Below are positions 1 through 11,280 of a stretch of 64,000 nt of DNA, in pieces; positions within the stretch are counted from its first letter, which is position 1; every line of letters begins with the position of its first letter. A program made the translations under genes and the position numbers. Source of the stretch: Octopus bimaculoides (taxonomy: Eukaryota). The stretch is from contig NC_068981.1 in the NCBI RefSeq assembly GCF_001194135.2, positions 191,236,834 through 191,300,833 on the forward strand. Direction: 5' to 3'. Under the pieces are notes generated by a model that saw only the letters and a list, made by a program, of their open reading frames with translations, did not search any database and was not told where the DNA came from.

Positions 1-457
1 TAATATCATTGAAGCTTACAAGTACCCTCACTGGTTGTTTTTGTCTGTAATTTTCCTCCCTGCCAACCCAGTGGCGTCTTCATCATCCTCCATATTCCAC
101 TGGTTCTTTATGTCATCAACCCAAAAGAATGACAAACTAAGAGTGTTTGTATTATTCTCATAGAATATATCAAAGCAATGATGGATGCAAGCGTCTGACT
201 AAATGGTTAAGAAAGTTATAGGACTGGTTTGGTGGAAAATGGTTTAGTGGGGGAAAGACCAAAATTATAGACACTGTAGCAACTGGTGAGTGTGTTTATA
301 AACTAAATGACTCTTCCCAAATAAAACAATAATGGGTTTGTAATGCAATAATGGCTTCTTGATACAGTAATGGGTTCTTTATACAATTTGTTTGTAATTA
401 AATGCTTTACACAATTGATGAACAAAGAGAAAAAAATGTCAATCCTTTAAAGCAGAA

Positions 458-461
<4 letters not shown>

Positions 462-524
<63 letters not shown>
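462..524. repeat. (AG)n microsatellite
   Basis: Pure AG dinucleotide run. Confidence 0.95.
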
Positions 525-526
<2 letters not shown>

Positions 527-757
527 AATTGCTCTGTAATAGTGAGATATTGAATTAGATTGACAACTTAGTAGGTGACTTTCTTACTTTTTGGTGAGTT
601 TGGTGAGAGAAAACGAAATAAATGGGTGTTGTTGGCTCCATTAATTGCTTTTAACTTGTGATTTGATCTAATTTATTATTTTGTTTTTCATCATGCTGCC
701 TAGTTTAAGGAAAGGAAATATTACTCAGATTCTAGAAAACACATATGACTTTGCAGT

Positions 758-841
758 GGTGGTGGTGATGGTGGTGGTGGTGGCGGCAGCAGTGGCGGCA
801 ACAGTGGCAGCGGCAGCAGCAACAGTAGTAGTAGTAGTAGT
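758..841. repeat. Compound trinucleotide microsatellite (GGT/GGC/AGC/AGT)n
   Basis: Seen directly. Confidence 0.85.
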
Positions 842-1743
842 TAAGGTGGATTAATAGAAACGTTAGATTGTCAAGCTAAAAATTGTCATTCAGTATTGAG
901 TAAAAGCCTGAAGGTTGTGAGTTCATATCTCACTGCGGTTGATTTTGTTTCTCATCCTATTAAGGTCAATGACAAAAAAAATTGGGGCACCAGTCAGTAG
1001 CATTGACTAACCTCCAGCCCTCAGGAGTTGTGGATCTTGTAGCTAAATGAGAAATTATCATTATTTTTGAGCATTTCTTCCATTCTGAGTTTTAAAAAAA
1101 ACCCAACCAGGTCTACTTTGCCTTTCATCCTTTTGGGGTTGACATAATAAACTAAACTCTTCCCCCCACAATTGCTGGCCTTGTGCCAAAATTAGAATTA
1201 TCACCATCATCATCATTATTATCATGAACCATTATTGTCACATTTATTTGTTTTCGTGCTCTGAAAAGAGGAGACAGTCGTCGGAATGTGATTCCTAGCT
1301 AAGTGGAAGATCTGCTTTCGCCAGTATAGATTCTTGATGAAACCCAATAACTGGAGCCCTTTTTGAGATCTTTAGCTAAGTGCTGCTCATCAGATGCAAT
1401 AATGTTTTCTTGATATGCGTAGTGGTTATGTTTCCTTCCTTTTGAAAAGAACATAGTTACCATATCCCTCACTGAAGGATGTTTGCTACATATCTGTTCA
1501 TAGAGTCAGTGTGAGTTTTAAATATTTATCCAATTTCATGCCATTAGCCAATTCCAGTTATTTCCCCAACTCATTTTGTAAAAGGTTCTACAAGGGAATT
1601 TTTTTTTTTTGCATGAATGTTTGCTGGAAAAGACTGTAGGATAGTATACAGCATGACACAATGCAAGCTAGCCCAATTATTATATCATCTGAACATGACA
1701 CTTATAGTAGCTCACATTTAAATCCTATCCTTGTAAAATCTTT

Positions 1744-1940
1744 TCTACCCTAGGAACAAGGCCCAGAATTTTGGGGAAGAGGGTCAGTCAATTAGATCAA
1801 CCTCAGTATGCAACTACTACTTAATTTATCAACCCCGAAAGGATGAAAGGCAAAGTCGACCTCGGCAGAATTTGAACTCAGAACGTAAAGGCAGATGAAA
1901 TACCGCTAAGCATCTTACCTGGCATGCTAATGTTTCTGCC
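1744..1940 (-). mobile_element. tRNA-derived SINE, family A (octopus OK-like)
   Basis: Reverse complement of the well-preserved + copy at 43717-43943 (gagttcaaattc..gaggtcgactttgcctttcatcctttc). Other decayed copies lie near 0.9-1.2, 22.5, 23.0, 31.0, 36.6, 37.2-37.8 and 55.4 kb. The family name is from memory. Confidence 0.8.
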
Positions 1941-2007
1941 TTAGTCTTTGTTAATATTTACATGTGTCTGTATGCTTGTGTGTGTGTGTATTAATGTATA
2001 TGTGTAT

Positions 2008-2260
2008 ATGATTTGGTAGATGGAAACTGAAAGAAGCCCATCATGTGTGTGTGTTTGTCCCCCACCTCCACTACTGCTTTGACAACCGGTGTTGGTATGT
2101 TTATGTCCCTGTACCTTAGCAGTTCAGCAAAGTGACTCATAGAATAAGTACTAGGTTTTAAAAGAAAAAGTCCTGGGGTCAATTTATTCAACTAAAATCC
2201 TTCGAGGTGGTACCACAGCATGGCCGCAGTCAAATGACTGAAACTAGTAAAAGATAAAAG
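2008..2260 (+). mobile_element. SINE family B, 3' part (gtagatggaaactgaaagaagccc + microsatellite + tail)
   Basis: The same motifs recur at 4.8, 8.3, 9.4, 22.2, 33.8, 39.3, 49.7, 55.2 and 60.4-60.9 kb. Confidence 0.8.
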
Positions 2261-2304
2261 ATATGTACATATATGTATGTGCATATGTATAAATGCATAC
2301 GTAT

Positions 2305-2511
2305 GTATATGTTGCCAGTGCCGCCTGAATGGCACCTATGCTGGTGGCACATAAAAGCACCCATTACACTCTCGGAGTAGTTGGTGTTAGGAAGGGCATC
2401 CAGCTGTAGAAACCTTGCCAAATCAGATGGGAGCCTGGTGCAGCCACTCATCTTACCGTTCAACCCATGCCAGCATGGAAAGTAGACATTAAACAACGAC
2501 GATGATGATGA
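2305..2511 (+). mobile_element. Family C element: 5'-truncated RTE-LINE 3'UTR with (GAT)n tail
   Basis: Core gttggtgttaggaagggcatccagctgtagaaac, then caacccatgccagcatggaaa, then (GAT)n. About 20 copies in the window. Confidence 0.75.
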
Positions 2512-2931
2512 TTCTGATGTTTCCTAAATTGGATAAACTGCACTTATCTTCACTTGGTAATAGTAGTTCTGCTGTTTAGTTGTTAATCTCTAAAGTACAG
2601 CATTAATTCTAGTTAACAGTTTCTCTGTGATTTGGCAACAAGTCAGAGGTTTGAAATCATATTTTATTTCAGTTTAATTTCCTTGCTAAGAAGAGGAATA
2701 AGTTTTACTTGACAGCATTTCATAAAATTTTGTAAAATTTCTGAAATGTTATTTTATCAATTTTATTAGCTGCTTTTTTTTATTATTTTAACTATCGCTA
2801 GTTTTGCAGGGGTTAGTTTTTTTCTCCCCGTATTTTTCCTTTTCTTATCATAAAATTTGTCAATCATCATAAACTAAAGTTTTCTGTGATGTTTTGGTAG
2901 TGACTTCTCAAATTCACTTTGTAAATACACT

Positions 2932-3344
2932 TCAACCCTTTCATTACTGTATTTATTTGGAGATGCTCCATGTTTCTTTCAATTACGTTAAATATAACAA
3001 AGGATTTAGTAAAATAACTTAGTTATCATTCAGCTAATGTTAGGAGCATAAATTGTGACTAAGGTTTGGTGGAAGATTTTAATTAAGAACTTTTGAAAAC
3101 AAGACATTTGCACTATTGAACCTCAGACAGTTTCAGCCAGGTTGGTATCAAAAGGGTTAAATTAATCATTTGTTAACCCTTTTGTTACTATATTTCTGTT
3201 GAGATGTTTTGTGTTTCTTTCAATTAATTTTAAATATAACAAAGAATTTAGTAAAATCACTTAGCTATCATTCAGCTAGTGTTAGGAACATTTGTACTGC
3301 AGAGCCAAAGCTGGTTTCAGTCAGGTTGGTAACGAAAGGGTTAA
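2932..3344. mobile_element. piggyBac-like MITE dimer (unit A 2932-3160, 12-bp spacer, unit B 3173-3344)
   Basis: Units are bounded by TTAACCCTTT...AAAGGGTTAA. TTAA termini are the piggyBac hallmark. The left end of unit A is degenerate. Confidence 0.75.
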
Positions 3345-4455
3345 CATAAAAATGTCTATTTTCATCATTATTTTATTGTTTTTAATGATAATAAATATAT
3401 CATAAATATACAGCTGTGTGGTTTAGAAGCTCACTTTGCAATCAGCCCAATTTCAACAGTACATATTCACAAAACTTTTAATACATTGAAGCTTTTAGGA
3501 GGCCTAACTTCACATATAGGTCCCAGGGTGATGGTTCTTTTTTTTGGGGGGGGGGACATTTTGGCAGGAAAAATGGCGGATATGCCATCAGATATGGCAA
3601 TGTGTGTTTGTAAACCGAGACCCATTTCTGTGCCAGTTGCATATTTTCAAAATAATATAGTCACTTGAACATAGTTGAGCTTACATAACTCCGTACAAGA
3701 GAATTGTGGCAACCAGAGTTTATAGTGGTAATCAGCCTAATTATTTACTAGTGTCATCTTTTGTGTTGTCTTCATAAATAATTACATCATTTATTTAAGT
3801 GTGAAATCTTTAAATAACTTTCAATAGAAACTTGTCTTTCAAATATTTTCCTCTGCTTTTTTTGTTGTTTCTTTTTTTGTGATGGTATTTACACTTCCAT
3901 CATCTTCTTCATTGAGTGTTCTTGTAATTAATTACGTGTGTATGAGTGTGTGTGTGTGTGTGTTATAGTTTTTTTATTTATTAAAATGTGATATAAATTT
4001 GCTTGTTCATTTTCCATTTCTCCCCAATTATTAAGGGTTGTATCATTTTGAATTGGCAATGAACAAAATGTCTTTTGAGAACAAAAATCACTTTTAGAAA
4101 ATATAATCAACCATATCTTTATGTTTTGAATTATAATTCAATATATTTTCAATATATTTTCAACATGTGATAAATTTTATGCTGTTGATTTTCATTGATT
4201 TAAAAAAAAAAAGAAGTGTTTAATTGGTTGAATATGTCCATAACATAATTCTATGAATTCTCAAAGCTATTCTAACAAGTTTTATATTTATTTATTGTTT
4301 TCTGTCTGTCTGTGCGATAAAAACTCAAAACTATTTCAGATAGTTTTGTTTTCTCAATATTCATGCAACTTTAATTTCAAATTAGTTACTGACAAAACCA
4401 GTGAATATCATACATTTAAATTAGTTTTTCAAAAAAGGAAGATGTTTATTTAAGG

Positions 4456-4700
4456 TAACGGTTGTCAACCAGGAACCATATGATCCTTAGAGGTCCATAT
4501 AAGATTTGGTTGTTAAAGTTTATGTGCAATAAATTGATTATATGTCTACAATACATACAATATTTTAACAATTTTCTCAACAGATTTCTAATGACATATA
4601 ATTAAAAATTTTACTAGGGGGTTTTTAAACATCGAATAGCTGTGAGGGTCCATCCAAGTAAAATAGGAACTAAAGGGGTCAAAATGGTTGAAAACCACTG
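4456..4700. mobile_element. hAT-type MITE
   Basis: 8-bp TSD ATTTAAGG at 4448-4455 and 4701-4708. Right TIR is GGTTGAAAACCACTG, left TIR is degenerate. Homologous to 30178-30483. Confidence 0.85.
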
Positions 4701-5641
4701 ATTTAAGGTGTGCTTGTATCATCATCATCATCGTCATCATTTAACGTCTGCTTGCCATGCGGACCAAATTCCACTTACTTGTAAGTGGAATTTGGTTGAT
4801 AGAAACTGTGGAAGCCTGACAAATATGTATGTGCTTTTGTGTTTCCCCTGCCCACTACTTAAGTCCTCATAACCTAGCAGTTTGGCAAAAGTGACTGATA
4901 GAACAGGGTTAATTTGTGACTAAAACCTTCTGGACAGTGCCCTAGCATGGCTGTAGTCCAGTGTCTGAAACAAGTACAAGATATATCTCTGGTAATCTTT
5001 TAAGCTGCATTTTCTAATTGGTTTTGTTAAATTTTTCATCAGTTTTTTCAGTTTTCAAATTTAAAATTTATGCAAATTTCAAATCATAAGAATTAAATAT
5101 TTCATGATGTGAGTGTGTGTGTATGTGTGCATTCTGTCTCGGGAAACTTCATTTGACCAAAGGCAAACAAAATTACTACTTAATTTCACAAAACTGTCTC
5201 TGCTGTATCTTCTGGGAAATTAATTGATTTCACTATTGAGTCTAGTAGACATTTTAAACTCTTTTTTCTTTTTCTTGATCTATTTAAATCATGTATACTC
5301 CAGTATCGTTCATTATTATCAAAGAAGATTAGCTTTCAAAAGCTTATCATTTGAATGAAATTGAAAAAAGTCCATTTCTAATAACTAACTTCTTGGTATG
5401 TCTGTGAATACTGAATGTTTCCATTCTTATTTGAAAGAATATTTTTATTTCTGAGATTAGTTTCTCTCAGTATGAAATTATATTTGAGTATAGAGTTTAA
5501 AAAATCATCTTTTTTAAGAATATTTTCTATCCTCATTGACGATTCAAAACATGTAATGACTTTTAATTATGTATGTCTCTTCTCTTGAGAGAAGGAAGTG
5601 ATACACATAATTTTGTTTTTCAGTCATGAAAATATGAATGT

Positions 5642-5684
<43 letters not shown>

Positions 5685-6020
5685 TGTGGGTGTGTGTATG
5701 CGTATGCTAGGGTATGCAGTCATCATCATCATCATCATTATTTGACATCCGTTATACATGCTGCCATGAGTTGGATGGTTTGACAAAGAGCTGGCAAACT
5801 GGAGAGCTGCCTCAGGCTCCCACTGTCTGTTTTGGCAAGGTTTCTACAGTTAGGTGCCCTTCCTAACAACCACCCCCCCCCCTCTTTACAGAGCAAACTG
5901 AGTGCTTTGCATATGGCACCAGCAGGGATGCAGTTCTATACTTAAGAGATGAAGAATTATGTACATTTTTTTTACATTATTTACATTTGACAGATATTTG
6001 TCCTCATCTTGTTTGTTGTT

Positions 6021-6066
6021 AACACAACGTTTCAACTGATATACCCTCCAGCCTTCATCAGGTGTC
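6021..6066 (-). ncRNA. Minimal type-I hammerhead ribozyme motif, core intact
   Basis: Minus strand reads GACAC-CUGAUGA-A-GGCUG(GAGGGUAUAU)CAGUU-GAAAC-GUU-GUGUU. Stem I is 5 bp, stem II is 5 bp with G-U pairs, and AACGUU is palindromic. Confidence 0.7.
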
Positions 6067-6126
6067 TTGAGGAAATTTTGAACTTGGTTTTTCATTCCTA
6101 AGGTATCTTTCAATTCCAGGCAGTGA

Positions 6127-6168
<42 letters not shown>

Positions 6169-6223
6169 CAACAACATTGAAAAATACCTTAGGAATGAGA
6201 ACCCAGGTTCAAAATTTCTCCAA

Positions 6224-6269
6224 GACACCTGATGAAGGCTGGAGAGTATATCAGTCAAAATGTTGTGTT
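6224..6269 (+). ncRNA. Minimal type-I hammerhead motif, core mutated (G12A, C15.2U)
   Basis: GACAC-CUGAUGA-A-GGCUG..CAGUC-AAAAU-GUU-GUGUU. Confidence 0.6.
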
Positions 6270-6354
6270 AACAACAAACAAGATGAGGACAAATATCTGT
6301 CAAATGTAAATAATGTACTAGTAAATGTAAATAATGTACAAGTTTTTTACATGA

Positions 6355-6722
6355 CGCCAGCAGAACATCTCAACAGAAATATGGTGACAAAAGGGTTAAC
6401 AAATGATTAATTTAACCCTTTTGATACCAACCCGCCTGAAACCAGCTCTGGCTCTGTAGTACAAATGTTTTGTTTTCATAAGTTTTGAATTAAAATCTTC
6501 CATCAAACCTTAGTCACAATTTATGTTCCTAACACTAGCTGAATGATAACTCAGTTCATCATCATCATCATCATCATCGTTTAACATCTGTTTTCCATGC
6601 TGGCATGGGTTGGACGGTTCGACTGGGGTCTGGGAAGCCAGGAGGCTGCACCAGGCCCCAGTCTGATCTGGCAGAAAGAAACACAGAGCATCTCAAAATA
6701 AATACAGTAACGAAAGGGTTAA
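6355..6722. mobile_element. piggyBac-like MITE dimer, reverse orientation, with a family C fragment inserted (about 6557-6674)
   Basis: TTAA-bounded units. The spacer CAAATGATTAAT is the exact reverse complement of the spacer at 3161-3172. Confidence 0.75.
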
Positions 6723-8319
6723 TAATTGATGTTTAAGAATAAATGGTTTGGAGTTGTTTTTGTTTTTTTTCTGTGTGGGCGTTTGACTTAATTTATCACC
6801 CATCCAGGGTGCCGGATTGGTTGAACTGTAACAATATTAGCTTGAATGCTTTGCAGTATTTTTTCCAGCTCTTTACATTCTGAGTTCAAATTCATACATG
6901 GCCTATCTACAAGGTTTGACAGTTCAGTCTTCTCTCCTGACTAAAAGATGAAAGTAAAAATTGAGTAAGTCAAGGCCGTCTTAGCAGCATTCTAGACCCC
7001 TGGGCAAATCAATGCACAAGGGCCTATCATCACTCTTTGGTTATCACTCTTCAACTGTACCCATTTTGACAGTCTACTTCCCTATCCCCTCATTCTCTTT
7101 TCCATACAATCTTGCAAACTGTATTTCTACTCAGCTTGTGCCTCGTGGAGCCACCTTGGTGCCTCATTTCAATTATTCTATGCCTTGCAACACCAATTGA
7201 TCCTTTTCTCTTTTTCTCTCCCCTTTCCTCTACTAGATGTAAGTAGCCATGCAGATCCCTCTACAAGAACCTGCTCTGTCACCCTCTTCTCATAATAATT
7301 CCCTCATCCCCTAGCATGAAGCTGTCCCCTCCCAACATCCCTTAGAGTTCATAATCCAGCGAAATGCATGGTGACCTCAATAATGCAGGAGACACTAAAA
7401 ATGTACCCAGTCCATGTTGTAAAGTGGTTAGTTTTAGTTAAACCTTGCTAAAATAGACATTGGAGTATAATGTAGTCCTTGAACCCATCGTATCCCATCA
7501 AACTGTCCAACCCATGTCAGCATGGAACATGGACTTCAAATGATGATGATAATGCCAGTGAACAGTGAGAATCAAAATGGTGGCATACATATTCTTTATA
7601 TGTTCCGGCAGATTGGAATATATGAAAAATAAATACAATGCAGGTAGAGAACTTCCATCAAAAGGTTATTATAACAGTTACAATTGAAGTATATATGCCA
7701 AGGACAACAGTGTAGCTTTCACCAACATACTCAGCACTGAGAAACACTAATGTGTTACCTATGAAAGCAGGTCTCTGCTGAAACTGATTTTACGGCAGTC
7801 TGTAATGGTGCTAACTGGACTAAGAAAGATACTGAGATGAAGGAGGTGGGGTTTACAATTTTCATTGTCTTTGAGATATTGAGGGAGAGAGTGGNNNNNN
7901 NNNNGGGGGGGGGGGGTCAGTAAGTGGCAGTTTCGTAAAAGTTGCTCTGTATGAGAAGAAACAAAGCAAAGAACATATAGAAAGTTTCATCCTTCTATAA
8001 ATCTAACAGGCCATTATTTTCAGCCATAGCCCCTGTAAATTATGAAGACTGTTATGACACCTGAGGCCATTTCTAATGCTGTTGTGCTATTCTGGTTTTC
8101 ACTTAAATATCTTTCAGCAAGCTTCTTAATTTTATATCTCAAATCTGATGATTTTCTAAGCTGATTAATTAACAAACTTTTAATTCATTCATTGCATAAT
8201 CTATGCTATGTTTATCTTTGTTACTTCCCAAGCTCTGATACTGTTGTCACAATGACATTTTAAAAAATATAAAACAATTTAACTTCTCAGAATGTTTTTT
8301 TTTTATTCTTTTATTTTTT

Positions 8320-8685
8320 TGCTTGTTTCAGTCATTAGACTGCTGCCATGCTTGAAGAATTTTAGTCGAAGGAATCAACCCCAATATTTTTTAAGCCTGG
8401 TACTTGTTCTATCAGTCTTTTTTGCTAAACCACTAGTTTACAGGGATGTAAACACACCAACACCAGTTGTCAAGCAATGGTGGGAGACAAACACACACAC
8501 ACACACATACATATGTACAACGGGCTTCTTTTAGTTTCAGTCTAGCAAATACATTCACAAAGTTTTGATCGGTCTGAGGCTATGGTAAAAGACATTTGGC
8601 CAAGGTGCCATGCAGTGAAACTGAACCCAGAACCATGTGGTTGGGAAGCAAACTTCTTACCACACAGCCACGCCTGCACCTATGT
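8320..8685 (-). mobile_element. SINE family B (tRNA head + CORE-like ccttgggcaag segment)
   Basis: Reverse complement of 9425-9795. Confidence 0.8.
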
Positions 8686-8809
8686 ATCAGGTTTTATTAC
8701 ATTTTATTAAAAGGTCTTTCTGTGTGTGTGTGTGTGTGTGTNNNNNNNNNNGTCTTGTGCATTAAATGATAAAAGTATTTAGTCTATATAAAAAAGCCCT
8801 ACTCCATAT

Positions 8810-8995
8810 CAGTGCTCTGCAACCAGTATGCTCTGGCACACTGGTGTGCCATGAGACAATGCTAGGTGTGCCGCAGTGTAAACTGAATATAATTTTTTTT
8901 CCCTATACTTTTAGTTATATTTTTAGTTCAGGTGTGCCACCAAATTTTGTAAAGAATATCAGTGTACCACAAGTGAAAATGGTTGTGAAATGCTG
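8810..8995. mobile_element. hAT-type MITE (second family)
   Basis: 8-bp TSD CTCCATAT at 8802-8809 and 8996-9003. Ends are CAGTG and a degenerate TGCTG. Confidence 0.85.
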
Positions 8996-9424
8996 CTCCA
9001 TATTCATGGTTTGTAGTTAACTTGAAGGTTTAGTTAAATTTCTATTTCTGGATTAATGTTTATTTAAAGTTTGGGTATGGTTAGAATTAATTTCAAATAA
9101 TTTTGTAAATATTGCAATCATTGGTTACAAAAGTTTAATTAATAATTAAGAATGAATCCTCATAAAGTGCCTGGAACATCAGTAAATGAATGAAATACAT
9201 GTCCGACAAGAAGAAGAAAATTATGCAGTCCACTGGAATGATTATTAATCTAAATTAACTTAAAAAACTGTGTTGTGATTAAAATGGTTAATGGCTTTAT
9301 GAATAACAGTAATTGCATCTTTTAAGACAAATAAAGTGGCGGCAGTGGTGTGGTGGTTGTTTTTGTTTAACCCCAGGTAGTACTGATAAGACTTTTGACC
9401 AAAGGCAGTTCAGTTGTGACCAAT

Positions 9425-9795
9425 AGGCACAGGTGTGGTTGTGTGGTAAGAAATTTGCTTCCCAACCATATGGTTCTGGGTTCACTCCCTTTGCATGTGA
9501 CCTTGGGCAAGTGTCTTCTTTTATAGCCTCAGGCTGACCAAAGCCTTGTGAGTGGATTTCGTTGACAGAAACTGAAAGAATCCCATCATGTGTGTGTGTG
9601 TGTGTTTGTCCCCCACCATTGCTTGACAACCGGTATCGGTGTGTCTTGTCCTCATAACTTAAATGTTCAGCATCAGAAACCAATAGAATAAGTATTAGGC
9701 TTAAAAATTAAATACTGGAGTTGATTCATTCAGCAAAAAGCTTCTTCAAGGCAGTGCCCTAGCATGGCCACAGTTTAATGACTAAAATAAGTAAA
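9425..9795 (+). mobile_element. SINE family B, near full length
   Basis: tRNA-like head gtggttgtgtggtaagaaa..ggttc, then gaccttgggcaagtgtcttct, (GT)n and the tail. Confidence 0.8.
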
Positions 9796-9804
9796 AGAAT
9801 AAAT

Positions 9805-10602
9805 AGGCACGCTGTTATTGTGGTTATAAAGGTGTCAGATCTTTCATCTACAAAATTTGTAAAGAGCTAGAAACTGAAAATGGAAGCGTATCATCAGTAT
9901 CAAAGCATAAAAAGCATTCTAAATGCTCTGAAATTATCAGAATACTGAAATTTATCCAGCAAGTTCAACAGACCATTGATTACAATCTCAGAAAGTCCAT
10001 GAGGTCAATTGCAAAAGATCTCCATGTGTCAGAAGGAACAGTCAGAAATGTTGTCCACGAAGACATTAGATATAAGTCTTACATGATGAGGAAAGGTCAA
10101 TTTGTCAGAAAAAGCAAAAGAAAATCACTACATTAGATCTAAAAGGCTCTTAAAGAAACAGAAAAACCCAGCAGAAGAAGATTTGATTTGATTTTTCTCA
10201 AATGAGAAAAACTTTGACCAAGATTAAAAAGTTAACAAAAGAAATGACAGATGGTTATGTGCAGACCCTTCTGAAGTTTCAAGTGTTATGGATACAAAAT
10301 TTCCTGCAACTGGCATGGTTTTAGTGGTTGTCAGCAATGAAGGACATGTGATGCCTCCTTACTTCTTTCCACAAGGCATTAGAGTTAACTCTGCTACCTA
10401 CATTGAGGTCCCAAAGACAATTGTTAAGCCCTGATTAGACAGTGTATGCAGTGGAAGGCCATATGTGTTTCAGTAAGACTCTGCACTATCACACATGGCT
10501 CTTGTAACACAGGAATGGATGGCTGAAAATTTTCATGATCACATAACCCTTAATATTTGGCCTCCTAATTCCCCAGATCTCAATCCATTGGACTATTACA
10601 TG
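9805..10602 (+). pseudogene. Inactivated IS630-Tc1-mariner transposase, DD37D (maT) family
   Basis: Translation gives KSMRSIAKDLHVSEGTVRNVVHEDI (HTH), FFSNEKNF, FQ*DSALSH and WPPNSPDLNPLDY. There are 37 residues between D(10477) and D(10591). Several stops and frameshifts. Confidence 0.9.
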
Positions 10603-10667
10603 ACTAACTCTCTTCCTAATTAGTTGGGCTATGACCCTCTCCATAACTTACATCATTTGATTCAACA

Positions 10668-10925
10668 AGACTGCACTGGTATGCTCATGTGATGCATATG
10701 GACAAGGACAACTGTGTAAAGAAGTGTCAATCACTAACTGTGGAGGGAACCTGTGGAAGAGGTAGACCCAGGAAGACATGAGACAAGGTGGTCGATCATG
10801 ATCCTCAGATGCTGGGTCTCACAGAGAAGATGACAAATGATCGAGACCTTTGGCAGTTTGCCGGGCTTGGCAAAACTCATCACAATGGGTGAAATCATAG
10901 TAATGGACAGTGCTGATGGCACACA
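10668..10925 (+). mobile_element. RTE-clade LINE, ORF C-terminus remnant
   Basis: RLHWYAHVMHMDKDNCVKKCQSLTVEGTCGRGRPRKT*DKVVDHDPQMLGLTEKMTNDRDLWQ matches the RTE R-L-x-W-x-G-H-V and G-R-P-x-x-T-W pattern. Confidence 0.85.
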
Positions 10926-11069
10926 AAAGGCAATTAGCTGATTTGAATATCCAGTGCATTATTACAGTTAGTTTAATGAATGAATTAGTGGTCTTAATTG
11001 CTTTACCCCTCTCTACTCTTTATTCTCCTTGTATAAAGTCCCCACCTCCACTCAGGATTCATAGTCTTG

Positions 11070-11280
11070 CAAACTGCATGGTAACCTCACTAGCTCTGGT
11101 GGCATGTTAAGAGAACTCAGTACACTCTGTAAAGTGGTTAGCACTAGGAAAGGCATCCAGCTCTAGAAATTACACCAAGGCAGACACTCAAACATGATGC
11201 AGTTCTTCCATACACTGGATCCTGTCAAACCATCCAACCCATGCCAGCATGGAACACAGATGTTAAATTATGATGACGAT
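11070..11280 (+). mobile_element. Family C (RTE 3'UTR) fragment
   Basis: Core plus caacccatgccagcatgg plus GAT tail. Confidence 0.7.

Larger units (their letters stand above)
5973..6317. mobile_element. Penelope-type inverted repeat (142-bp arms at 5973-6114 and 6176-6317, (AAT)n(AAC)n spacer)
   Basis: About 10 mismatches and no indels by manual alignment. Each arm carries a CTGATGA..GAAAC hammerhead motif. Confidence 0.85.
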
